Source: Pseudobdellovibrio sp. | Lineage (GTDB): Bacteria; Bdellovibrionota; Bdellovibrionia; Bdellovibrionales; Bdellovibrionaceae | Reading direction: 5' to 3' | Length of the DNA: 64,000 nucleotides | Assembly (NCBI GenBank): GCA_023701385.1 | Contig: JAMPXC010000010.1 | Span: forward strand, 12,502 to 76,501 | Part shown: one piece after another, positions 55,625 through 64,000 of the stretch | Layout of the letters: every line of letters begins with the position of its first letter | Position numbering within the stretch: position 1 is the first letter of the stretch | The notes under the pieces: generated by a model | Told to the model about the DNA's origin: nothing | Database searches by the model: none | The model's input: only the letters and a program-made list of their open reading frames with translations | Made by a program: the position numbers and the translations under genes

Positions 55625-55646
55625 GCTAAGCGTTAGCTTCGGCTAA
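55625..55646. repeat. Alternating hairpin GCTAA-gcg-TTAGC-TTCG-GCTAA next to the transposase 3' end
   Basis: Three 5-bp arms; one stem closes a C(UUCG)G tetraloop. Confidence 0.6.
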
Positions 55647-55650
55647 ACAT

Positions 55651-56238
55651 TTACTCCCAGAGTATTTCCCATTCCGACGAAGAAAGTCCGCGCAAACGCT
55701 GTGGCTTGTATCGAATCTGGCCGGAAGCTTCTTTTTTATTAAGTTGAATATAATTTCTAACAGTTAAATAAGATCTCCACCCTTGAATAACCCTCGTAAA
55801 AGGCCTGTGTTTCCACAGCTTTAAAACTTTTTGCGTAGCTTCTGGGGTATCGGTCACCACGGCAGATTTTAAAAAGCCATTTTTTTGAAACTCTTGTGCA
55901 ATTTGCCCAGCCACAACCCGCAAAAAATAAAGCCCTTGTGACCTTCTAGAAAAGCGCACCATTAAATGTAGATGATCATGGTTAATTGCTACTTGTTCTA
56001 TTTTCACGAAGAACCTACGGGCATATTTTTTTACAATTGAATGAATAAGAAAATAACCAAGTGGTGATCTTAGTCCGCGACGTAATGAGTTTACATTGGT
56101 CTTAAAAACTAAGTGAATTGGAGCACGCGTAGAGATCGGCCGAGCCTTCCGGCCCTGCCTTTTCTTGCGCAAAATACCGCCATGATTATAGCGGAATTGC
56201 CAATGTGTTTTTGTTAATTGAAGTTGCTGGTGACCCAT
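55651..56238 (-). mobile_element. HUH (Y1) transposase, IS200/REP-associated (RAYT)-like
   Basis: PIHLVFK, NHDHLHL HUH motif, LWKHRPFTRVI, RNYIQLN catalytic Tyr helix; start probably ATG 56238. Confidence 0.75.
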
Positions 56239-56455
56239 ACCCCAACAGGTTCGCAAGACTTGAGCACAACTCGAAAAGAGTTTAATCGTGAAGAAGATCC
56301 GGCAGGTGAATTTGAATACATATTTTGGCTTTAAAAGTGAATATACAGATAGAACACGTATCAGCGGTGTCAAAATTAGTTACAGTTCAGAATGTTTTAC
56401 CTGAGCTTCATTTTACCTCTGTGAACAATCTCAACTTGTAGTAATTTGCTCCCAT

Positions 56456-57334
56456 ATGCGGGGGCATACTATGTGGGGAATTAAACAAAAATCTAAACTA
56501 TCAATTGTCGTATACCTGACTATCCATGTGTTAGCGGCTACCCTTGTTTTCGGTTGTGAAAACCGTAAATCTTTCTACGATGTAAACGGAAAAAATATCG
56601 ATCAGGCGCCGATGCGCATGGAAAACCCGGAAGATCCAATTCCAGATATGATGGAAGAGGAAGAACCTATCGTTGTTGATTTAGATCAAAAAGCATCGCC
56701 AGAAGATGATACAAATCTAATTCCACCGGCTCCACCAGTGGCTGAGCCAGTAAAAGAACAACCGAAAAAAACTGAGCCTGTGGTTCAACAAAAACCAAGA
56801 ACACCTGAGCGTCCAGCCAAAGAAGAACCTAAAGCTAAGACTGAACCTTCTGTAACAAAACCTAGTTCTGTGGGCGAGGCTTCACGTTTTATTAAAGTGG
56901 CTTACTGGGTTGTGCAAAATGAAGCTAAAAAAATCGGTACACCTTGCAACTTCTACGTTTCACGCGTTTTAGAATTAACAGGCTATAGCGATGATGGCTT
57001 TTTAGCGAACGACTTTGATATTTATGCGAAAAAGCACTTTTCATCATATAAAGATGAAAAGTTCGTAACAACGAATCTGCAAGCTGAGCGTTTACGTTTA
57101 AAACGTCACTTATGGTCTTACCCTTCGCGTACACCATTTATTCTACAATGGGAGCGCCAAGCGCCTAAACCGGGCCATATCGCGATCGTAGAGCGTATTG
57201 GAGACCAATTAGTAATTTACCAAGCAAGCTTAAACCGCCATATCGCGCGCCGCGAGCAAACCACAATTGACCGTCTATTAAGTGCTTCACGTGCACCACG
57301 TATGACTGTTTATTCCGAATATGTCGCACGTTAA
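56456..57334 (+). CDS. Lipoprotein with Pro-rich linker and C-terminal papain-like (CHAP/NlpC-P60-like) domain
   Basis: Lipobox VFGC; PE/PK-rich linker; GTPCNFYVSRVL (Cys) and PGHIAIV (His), followed by YQAS. Confidence 0.6.
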   Translation: MRGHTMWGIKQKSKLSIVVYLTIHVLAATLVFGCENRKSFYDVNGKNIDQAPMRMENPEDPIPDMMEEEEPIVVDLDQKASPEDDTNLIPPAPPVAEPVKEQPKKTEPVVQQKPRTPERPAKEEPKAKTEPSVTKPSSVGEASRFIKVAYWVVQNEAKKIGTPCNFYVSRVLELTGYSDDGFLANDFDIYAKKHFSSYKDEKFVTTNLQAERLRLKRHLWSYPSRTPFILQWERQAPKPGHIAIVERIGDQLVIYQASLNRHIARREQTTIDRLLSASRAPRMTVYSEYVAR

Positions 57335-57365
57335 TATCTAATACATTTATTTGAGTCCATTTATG

Positions 57366-57406
57366 CCTCGGCAATCGTGTTTCGCGTCTTGCCGAGGTTG
57401 CTTTTT
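57366..57406 (+). terminator. Probable intrinsic terminator
   Basis: CCTCGGCAA / TTGCCGAGG 9-bp stem followed by TTGCTTTTT. Confidence 0.6.
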
Positions 57407-57471
57407 ATTGACCAAAGCCCAGCAATTAGCTGCAATAAAGGAGTTGTTTAAACAAACTAAGAAAGGTTTTT

Positions 57472-59004
57472 ATGAAACACGGATTACTTGTTACTGCTCT
57501 ACTTTCTTCTCTTGTTGGTTTTTCGTTCACGGGATGCGCCGAAGATCATAGCCAAGTTTCACAATCACTGAACCGTGTGGCTGATTTTAAAATTTCACGC
57601 CGTTTTGATTTAATTACTCCTCAAGCTACACCAACTGTTCAGGTGTTCAATCAAGCTAACCAACCTATCGCCAATGCACAGGTATTAATTGGCTCATCAG
57701 TCAACGACCCGTTTCGTGGTAATTTAAAAATCACTGATAAAAACGGAATGGTTTCTCTTGGTGAATGGACTGATGTGGCTCACGTGACAGTGAATGCCCA
57801 AGGTTATATTCGCCAAACTTTATTAAATCAAAAACCTGGCACGATTCAAATGAAGTTAAGCACAGCTTACATGACATCTCGTCCGATGGTAAAAGGCCAA
57901 GTTAGTGGCTTGCCAGTTAAAGATGGCGACAAGATGATAGATTTTTCTTTAGTGATTCCAACGATTGCTAAAGGTGATCTGATGAACTTTGATTTAGATT
58001 CTGTGATCAGCCCATTTACCGATGTGGTTGATGTGATCTTTGGAAAGACAGCTGAACTTCCAAGTAACGTTTCATTACCGACTCAAAAAGAAAAATATAA
58101 CTTTTTAGTATCTGTGACGTTATCAAAACCTGATTACCGCGCTTACGCTTTAAATTATGGCCCTAAAACTTTTTATGCCTTAACAGGTCGTTTTCCGTTT
58201 AAAGAAACTGTTGATCAGTTACAAGCTGACAAAAAATTCTATGAAATTTTAAATTACTTTCAGTTCACAAATGGTGGTCTTCGAGAAACAACTGTGACAG
58301 GCCCTTCGACTTCATTAAATATTCCAGGTATGGAAATTAAATTCGATGGTCCTGCAGCCGCTATTAAAGGCGCCGCTATTCAAGCTGATGAAGTTGTGAT
58401 GGCCATGACGATGAACGATTTATCTGGCGGACGTTTTGTGCCTTCAGATGTTAAACGTTTAAATTCAAACGAAGGTGCTAGCTTAAAAACAATCGCTGGC
58501 AAACCAGTTTACATTGTCAACTTACTTAAAAAAGCCACTGACTTCGATTCTGCGACTCAAGATGTTGCTAACCGTTCAAGTGCTTCAATGGTTCCGTTCA
58601 AAGCCGGAATGCAATCAAGCTTACTTCCATTATTACCTTCGGGCCCAACAGTTAGCCAATCTGGTGGCGCTTATAAAATCGTGGTGCCACAAGCTTCAAA
58701 TAAAACAATCGATGCTCAAGCTATCAATGAATTAGCTGTGACGGTGGCGATTTCAAATGTGAACGTTGTGCAAGATGGTGCATTTCAAGTTGAAATGCTG
58801 GATCGCAAATGGGAAGTTTTAGGAACTTCTTGGCCAGCAGAAATCACTTTACCAGCATGGCCACTTGAAGAAGCTGACAGTGCTGCTGTAAAACGTAAAT
58901 TCGAATTAAATCTCATCGGTAGCCAAACATCAAAACAAACAGACCTTGGTGATGATTTAGTAAAAGCAGCCACGCACGTAACTAAAGGTGCTGCCGAACT
59001 GTAG
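57472..59004 (+). CDS. Lipoprotein with an N-terminal carboxypeptidase-regulatory-like beta-sandwich
   Basis: Lipobox FTGC; VQVFNQANQPIANAQVLIG...TDKNG pattern; AAGG SD. Confidence 0.65.
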   Translation: MKHGLLVTALLSSLVGFSFTGCAEDHSQVSQSLNRVADFKISRRFDLITPQATPTVQVFNQANQPIANAQVLIGSSVNDPFRGNLKITDKNGMVSLGEWTDVAHVTVNAQGYIRQTLLNQKPGTIQMKLSTAYMTSRPMVKGQVSGLPVKDGDKMIDFSLVIPTIAKGDLMNFDLDSVISPFTDVVDVIFGKTAELPSNVSLPTQKEKYNFLVSVTLSKPDYRAYALNYGPKTFYALTGRFPFKETVDQLQADKKFYEILNYFQFTNGGLRETTVTGPSTSLNIPGMEIKFDGPAAAIKGAAIQADEVVMAMTMNDLSGGRFVPSDVKRLNSNEGASLKTIAGKPVYIVNLLKKATDFDSATQDVANRSSASMVPFKAGMQSSLLPLLPSGPTVSQSGGAYKIVVPQASNKTIDAQAINELAVTVAISNVNVVQDGAFQVEMLDRKWEVLGTSWPAEITLPAWPLEEADSAAVKRKFELNLIGSQTSKQTDLGDDLVKAATHVTKGAAEL

Positions 59005-59026
59005 CAAATAGTCTATACTTTTACCT

Positions 59027-59524
59027 ATGAAGTTACTCAGTCTTATTATTGCCGGTTTATTAGTTTCAGGTTGTGGATCACAAGTTTTACAACCTGAAAC
59101 TCCTGAAGCGATTATCGAACGCTCTTCACAACAAAGAATTTTCTACGCCCCTTACGACGAAGTTTGGAAGGCGGCTCACTCAGTGATCAAATATACGATT
59201 GCGGCTGAAAACCAAGATTTCGGCGTGATCGAAACAGATTACATTAAAGCTGTGGATGGCTGGCTTCCGCCTTTTCGCACGCGCCCACAGTACCCGAGTT
59301 CACGTTATAAAATCGTGATTAGTTTTGCCCGTGGTAAAAAGAGTGAGGCTCAAGAAAATGTGCGTGTCACGATTGAAAAGAAAATTGAAGTTTTTAAAGA
59401 CTTTATTTCTGAAGTTAAAACCGTTAATAGCGATGGTTTTGAAGAGAAAACAATTTTTTACCGTATTGAGCGTGAATTAGTGATCGCTAAAGCGCTAAGA
59501 AAAGCTTCTGAAAATCCGAACTAA
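59027..59524 (+). CDS. Outer-membrane lipoprotein, BamC/NlpB-like helix-grip domain
   Basis: Lipobox VSGC; YDEVWKAA...FGVIETDY pattern. Confidence 0.55.
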   Translation: MKLLSLIIAGLLVSGCGSQVLQPETPEAIIERSSQQRIFYAPYDEVWKAAHSVIKYTIAAENQDFGVIETDYIKAVDGWLPPFRTRPQYPSSRYKIVISFARGKKSEAQENVRVTIEKKIEVFKDFISEVKTVNSDGFEEKTIFYRIERELVIAKALRKASENPN

Positions 59525-59574
59525 CGGTGCCAGGCCTTTTTTACTACGGTTATATTTGATCTTAAATAAATAAT

Positions 59575-59609
59575 AAAAAAGCAGCCTTATCTGATCAGCT
59601 GCTTTTTTT
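59575..59609. terminator. Bidirectional intrinsic terminator between convergent genes
   Basis: AAAAAAGCAGC / GCTGCTTTTTT arms with a 12-nt loop. Confidence 0.8.
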
Positions 59610-59650
59610 ACTTTGGCACATTGCTCCCGAAAAAGGGACGGCCTATCTAT

Positions 59651-60280
59651 TTAGAACCACTTTTGTTCTTTAACGAATTTTTTCCAAGAACCTAAAGCGT
59701 TTTCGCCTTCGAAATGCACTTGAGAAATTTTTTCTAGCGCTTGCATACTCATCGCAGAAATCTCTGGATCGTTATCAAATAATAACTTCGAGAAATATTC
59801 TCTTTCAGATTGGTACGGCTTTTTAACTAAGTTCTTCATGATCTGTGCACGAATCCATAAGCTTTTTTTGCCAACAAAGTTATAATTGCGGTTTAGCTCT
59901 TTCGCTAAAAGCTCACGAACTTCCTGACTTTCTAAACGAGTTAAAATATCAACGGCCGCCGAGCGAACCACTAAAGCTTTATCTGAAACTAACACTTTAG
60001 CTTTATCGTAAACTAAATCTGTTCCCACTTTATCTAAAGCCACTAATAAAGCGTTACGCATGTACCAGTCTTTGCTTTTTGCAAATTCTAAGACTTGCTT
60101 GATTTGTGTACCGTCAGCGTCTTCAGCCGATTTAATTAAGGCATCCCAACGTTGGGCCATAGGTAATGATTGATTTTTTGCGCGAGCAATCTGAGTTGTA
60201 AAATTTTGATCGTTTTCGCTTTGCACATAAGACCAAACATTCACAGAAAAAAGAAACACTAAAAGACTTAATGCTTTCAT
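59651..60280 (-). CDS. Secreted HEAT-repeat protein
   Basis: WYMRNALLVAL and LVVRSAAVDIL HEAT repeats; start ATG 60280 (GAGGA SD, 1 nt after the upstream stop). Confidence 0.75.
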   Translation of the reverse strand: MKALSLLVFLFSVNVWSYVQSENDQNFTTQIARAKNQSLPMAQRWDALIKSAEDADGTQIKQVLEFAKSKDWYMRNALLVALDKVGTDLVYDKAKVLVSDKALVVRSAAVDILTRLESQEVRELLAKELNRNYNFVGKKSLWIRAQIMKNLVKKPYQSEREYFSKLLFDNDPEISAMSMQALEKISQVHFEGENALGSWKKFVKEQKWF

Positions 60281-60281
60281 A

Positions 60282-61319
60282 CTAATCCTCATCCTTTGCG
60301 AAATGTTTTTCAAATTCGTCTAATAAACTTTTATCTTCTTTTTTAACTTCTTTAGAAACTTCACGGGTTTCTTCGTTATCTAGCTCTTCTGGCCCAGTCA
60401 CTTCTGGCATCTCTTCAGCCTGAGTTTCAGCTGATGGAATATCACTTAAGACGTCATTAGCGGCTGTTAAGATATCGTCTGGAACAATCGGTACTTCAAA
60501 AACATCTTCATTCGTTAAAGCATCCATTTCGTCTGCGACAACTTCAGCTTTCGGCTCTTCGACTTCAGGTTCTGGATCCGGAATAGCTTCAAGATTTGGT
60601 TCTGCCGCTGCTTCAATCGGCGCAGGTTCTTCTGTTACTGGCTCAGGAGCTGGAGCTGGGGCCGCAGCTGGTGCTGCAGGTTGCTGATTCGCCAATTGAT
60701 TTTTAAGATCAGCATTTTCTTTTTTATAAGCCTGAAGATCGGCGATATCTTCAGCGATAATTTCATAATCTGATAAACGATTTTTAAGAGCTTCGATTTC
60801 TTTTTCGTAATCGGTAATCTTACCGCTTAGATCAGCTAGCTGTGCATCTTGTTGAGCTGTGTCAGCCGATTGAGCAACTTGCTCTTTAGCTGAAGTAATT
60901 TCTACTTCTTTACGTTTTAATGAATCTTTTAAAGTTGAAATTTCAGCGCGTAAACGACTTAATTCAGCCACTTGTTCTGTAGCCGCTGTTCCCGCTTCTC
61001 CGCCTGCTGCGGCCGCCGCTGCAGCTTCTGGGTCACCCGATAAGGCCGCCATAGCGTCAGCGCCCAATAAGCCATCGGCACTACCTTCAGTAACAGCATT
61101 AACAGAGACTTTCATTTGCGATTGCTGTTCTAAAAGTTTATTTAACTTTTCTTCAAGCTGCGCAAAAGTCACATCTTTAGGTAAACCAGCGGTTGCAGCC
61201 TGCTGATTGGCAAATAATAAGCGAAAAATAAGAACGACGATAAGCAACGCAACGATAGCTGCGAGTGACTGAATTACCAGTGTATTATGCGATGCAAACC
61301 AATCTAAGAAAGTGGCCAT
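60282..61319 (-). CDS. Membrane-anchored coiled-coil protein with an acidic Pro/Ala-rich tail
   Basis: N-terminal TM, heptad region, low-complexity acidic tail, terminal helix SLLDEFEKHF. Confidence 0.75.
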   Translation of the reverse strand: MATFLDWFASHNTLVIQSLAAIVALLIVVLIFRLLFANQQAATAGLPKDVTFAQLEEKLNKLLEQQSQMKVSVNAVTEGSADGLLGADAMAALSGDPEAAAAAAAGGEAGTAATEQVAELSRLRAEISTLKDSLKRKEVEITSAKEQVAQSADTAQQDAQLADLSGKITDYEKEIEALKNRLSDYEIIAEDIADLQAYKKENADLKNQLANQQPAAPAAAPAPAPEPVTEEPAPIEAAAEPNLEAIPDPEPEVEEPKAEVVADEMDALTNEDVFEVPIVPDDILTAANDVLSDIPSAETQAEEMPEVTGPEELDNEETREVSKEVKKEDKSLLDEFEKHFAKDED

Positions 61320-61399
61320 ATTTATATCATCAAGTAAGGTGTATCTCTTTGCAATACGACACTGGTCCAGCTAGACTCGACTTATACAAAGGAAATCAA

Positions 61400-62767
61400 G
61401 TGGCTACTTTCGATCTTATTATCAAAAACGCAGATATTGTTACATTCTCTGAATCGCAGAACCAAATGGTCCAGGAAAAAACAGATATCGCCGTTAAAAA
61501 TGGAAAAATCGAAAAATTAGGAACCCTCAACGCAGCCGATGCGGCCAAAGCGATTGATGCCACTCACCTAACAGTTCTTCCTGGAGTGATTGATTCTCAA
61601 GTGCATTTTCGCGAACCGGGATTAACCCATAAAGAAGATATCGAGTCAGGTTCACGTGCCGCGATCTTAGGTGGAGTCACAACTTACTTTGAAATGCCAA
61701 ACACCAACCCACCGACAACAACAAAAACGTTATTTGAAGATAAATTAAAAATCGCTTCTGAAAAATCATCAGCCAATTACGCTTTTTTTATCGGTGGTGG
61801 TTCTGAAAACTTTGACCAATTAGCTGAGTTAGAAAAACTTCCGCATTGTTCGGGTATTAAAATTTTCTTAGGCAGTTCGTTTGGTACACTGTTAGTTGAT
61901 CAAGATGAGTTGTTAGAAAAAATTATGAAAAACGGCCGCAGACGTTTAGTGATTCATGCTGAAGATGAAGCACGCTTAAAAGAGCGTAAGCAAATCGCCA
62001 TTGATGCCGCCGATGCTAAAGTTCACCATATCTGGCGCGATGAAGAAAGCGCCCTGATTGCCACGAAAAAATCGGTGCATTTTTCTGAAAAGCACCAACG
62101 CAATATTCATATTCTGCATATTTCTTCGAGCGAAGAAATGGCTTTCTTACGAAATGCGAAAGAACAGCAATCACGCACACACGGAAAATCTTTTGTAACG
62201 GTTGAAATTTTACCACAGTATTTAACTTTATCAGCGCCTGAATGTTACGAGAGTTTAGGGTCACTGTGGCAACAAAATCCGCCGATTCGCGATAAACGCC
62301 ATATGGATTTTTTGTGGAAAGCGGTTCTTGATGGCACCGTGGATGTGATTGGTTCGGATCATGCGCCACACACATTAGAAGAAAAAGCCAAAACATATCC
62401 GAACTCACCGTCTGGAGTTCCAGGTGTACAAACGTTAGTTCCACTCATGTTAGATCAAGTGAATAAAAACAAATTACCACTTAAACGCTTTGTTGAACTA
62501 GTGACAGAAAATCCGCGCAAAATTTTTAATTTAAAAAATAAAGGCCGTATTCAAGTGGGATACGATGCTGACTTTACAATTATCGATATGAAAAAAGAAA
62601 AAATTGTCGAGAAAAAATGGTTAGCTTCTAAAATCGGATGGTCACCGTTTGAAGGACAAAGTTTTAAAGGTTGGCCGGTGATGACACTCCTTCGTGGCGA
62701 AGTTGTTGTTGATGGTGATACTTTAATTAAACCACGCGCAGGCACTGCTTGTGACTTCGATATCTAA
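61400..62767 (+). CDS. pyrC: Dihydroorotase
   Basis: IDSQVHFREPG, GIKIFLG, IHAED, HILHIS and GSDHAPH motifs; AAGGA SD before GTG 61400. Confidence 0.88.
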   Translation: MATFDLIIKNADIVTFSESQNQMVQEKTDIAVKNGKIEKLGTLNAADAAKAIDATHLTVLPGVIDSQVHFREPGLTHKEDIESGSRAAILGGVTTYFEMPNTNPPTTTKTLFEDKLKIASEKSSANYAFFIGGGSENFDQLAELEKLPHCSGIKIFLGSSFGTLLVDQDELLEKIMKNGRRRLVIHAEDEARLKERKQIAIDAADAKVHHIWRDEESALIATKKSVHFSEKHQRNIHILHISSSEEMAFLRNAKEQQSRTHGKSFVTVEILPQYLTLSAPECYESLGSLWQQNPPIRDKRHMDFLWKAVLDGTVDVIGSDHAPHTLEEKAKTYPNSPSGVPGVQTLVPLMLDQVNKNKLPLKRFVELVTENPRKIFNLKNKGRIQVGYDADFTIIDMKKEKIVEKKWLASKIGWSPFEGQSFKGWPVMTLLRGEVVVDGDTLIKPRAGTACDFDI

Positions 62768-63365
62768 TCCGCCACCACGCCAAAACCCCAAGCTGTCTAA
62801 TAGCCCTTCTCCGAAGGGACAGGCATTATCACTTTTCTTTGGCGGTTTACTTCCGGTCATAGCTTTCACCGTCATCGAAGAAAAATACGGGCCGCAAGCA
62901 GGTCTTATCGCCGGTCTTATTTTCGGAGTCGGTGAAATTATCTATGAACTTGCGCGCTACAAAAAAGTAAGTCAGATCACATGGATCGGAAATGGACTCC
63001 TTTTAGGACTTGGTTTAATTTCACTCTTTTTTAACGACGGCATCTGGTTCAAACTGCAACCAGCCATTATGGAATTTGGCATGTTTGTTTTTCTACTGGG
63101 ATCTTGGGCGTTAAAAAAACCATTTTTAAAAATTATGGTCGAAAAACAAAATCCAGAAATTCCCCAAATTATGAAAGATAGCCTCAGCGGTATTACACTT
63201 CGAATGGCACTGTTTTTTCTAGCTCACGCGGTTATCGCTACTTATGCCGCATTTTACTGGTCAACCGAAGCTTGGGCCGTTTTAAAAGGCATAGGCCTTA
63301 CTGTTTCAATGATTGTGTATATGATCGGCGAAATGTTCTGGATCAGAGCGAAACAACAACGTTAA
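62751..63365 (+). CDS. yciB: Inner-membrane septation protein YciB/IspA family
   Basis: Five TMs; WFKLQPAI and WSTEAWAVLKG motifs; true start may lie downstream of the GTG. Confidence 0.75.
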   Translation: MTSISNPPPRQNPKLSNSPSPKGQALSLFFGGLLPVIAFTVIEEKYGPQAGLIAGLIFGVGEIIYELARYKKVSQITWIGNGLLLGLGLISLFFNDGIWFKLQPAIMEFGMFVFLLGSWALKKPFLKIMVEKQNPEIPQIMKDSLSGITLRMALFFLAHAVIATYAAFYWSTEAWAVLKGIGLTVSMIVYMIGEMFWIRAKQQR

Positions 63366-63386
63366 GATTTATCTCTTCAAAACAAA

Positions 63387-63414
63387 AAAAGGCCAGTCTT
63401 TCGACTGACCTTTT
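63387..63414. terminator. Bidirectional intrinsic terminator
   Basis: AAAAGGCCAGTC-TTTC-GACTGACCTTTT with one mismatch (G-U on the minus strand), between convergent genes. Confidence 0.8.
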
Positions 63415-63446
63415 CACACAAACTTACCAGTTTTAACTGACGTTGA

Positions 63447-63998
63447 TTAGTTACAACGACGTAATTGGAAGTGGTATAACATACCAGCGCTGATGTCGAT
63501 AGAGTCAACGATCATCATAGTTTGATCCATACGAGCGTTTGACATAGAAGTCGCAGAAGCGTTGATCGAGAAGATCACTTCTTTAGAACATGCTGACCAG
63601 ATTAAGTTAGATGCGATTAAGTTATTTCTGATTTGGAAAGAATCAGCTTGTGGGCCAACGAAACGTTTTTGGAAAACCGGACCACGAGAACCAGCGTAGA
63701 AGTACTCAGCACGGAAATCATTGTATGCGCCAGAACCTGGGATCGCATTGAAACCACGGTAATCAACACCGATTAATGCTACAGAGTATCCGTTTGGAAC
63801 ACGTACTGGAACACGTAAGTTACAAGATTTACGGTCTACACGGCGACCTGTAGTGTTACCTGCTTCGGCTGCGAAGCTGTCGAATAATACTGACATTGTT
63901 GTACCATCACCAGTTACAGTGATTGAAGCTGATCCAGCTGGACAACCGTTACCACCGTAAGCTGGTTCACCTAAAGTGATTCTTGAAGCCTCAGCAGA
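63447..63998 (-). CDS. DUF4360 family secreted protein (5'-truncated by window edge)
   Basis: The frame stays open upstream of the ORF-track ATG and reads ...LGEPAYGGNGCPAGSASITVTGDGTTMSVLFD; RKSCNL and VDYRG motifs follow. Confidence 0.8.
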   Translation of the reverse strand, partial: SAEASRITLGEPAYGGNGCPAGSASITVTGDGTTMSVLFDSFAAEAGNTTGRRVDRKSCNLRVPVRVPNGYSVALIGVDYRGFNAIPGSGAYNDFRAEYFYAGSRGPVFQKRFVGPQADSFQIRNNLIASNLIWSACSKEVIFSINASATSMSNARMDQTMMIVDSIDISAGMLYHFQLRRCN

Positions 63999-64000
63999 AG

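Noticed and set aside
57351-57551. 66-aa ORF between the two lipoprotein genes
   Set aside because: It overlaps a terminator-like hairpin and the next gene out of frame; no SD or domain.
59526-59541. GGTGCCAGGCCTTTT as a REP-like element for the HUH transposase
   Set aside because: Single degenerate occurrence in the window; the resemblance to a Bdellovibrio repeat is from memory only.
59614-59626. Second copy of TGGCACATTGCTC (also at 22635)
   Set aside because: Lacks the -12 GC and lies between convergent genes. One 13-mer match is not enough to call a repeat family, and it slightly weakens the sigma54 call at 22635.
61400-62767. PyrC as a pseudo-enzyme because the first metal His is Gln (DSQVH)
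   Set aside because: As I recall, the QVH variant is normal in one dihydroorotase subfamily, and the other ligands (K, H, H, D) are present.
1-64000. tRNA, rRNA or riboswitch genes
   Set aside because: No cloverleaf, T-loop, rRNA-like or recognisable riboswitch pattern seen in the intergenic regions by eye; an Infernal/Rfam scan would be needed to exclude them.

Overview
Chromosomal segment of a low-GC Bdellovibrionaceae-like predatory bacterium; the taxon is inferred from gene content only. In order, it holds the tail of a Zn/Mn uptake operon, then a ~20 kb tandem array of four phage-tail-fibre-like secreted adhesins (MAT-type; three end in an S74 chaperone, one does not). Next come a DUF1402-like secreted protein, a TPR-GGDEF diguanylate cyclase, a Cache-HAMP-GAF sensor without an output domain, and a divergent arginine cluster (argC-J-B-F-R / argG-H) with tandem ARG boxes. 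After that are a hybrid histidine kinase with its response regulator, a secreted tandem AhpD-like protein, and an accessory island: a signal-peptide-bearing teneurin-like RHS/YD protein with a papain-like His/Cys tip plus four small downstream ORFs. The rest is a RoxA-like dihaem cytochrome, a large secreted protein with a kinase-like motif set, uup, a HUH/Y1 transposase, envelope lipoproteins, pyrC, yciB and a truncated DUF4360 gene. Main observations: (1) all four fibre genes have a sigma28-type -10 box exactly 7 nt before a start codon with no Shine-Dalgarno, suggesting separately promoted leaderless mRNAs, and several other genes show similar geometry; (2) the fibre array is a B-A-B-A mosaic with patchy near-identical DNA tracts; (3) the ArgG looks like the methanogen type; (4) the RHS protein looks like a minimal teneurin-like toxin. 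No rRNA, tRNA or CRISPR array was seen. All family assignments come from recalled motifs, not database searches.
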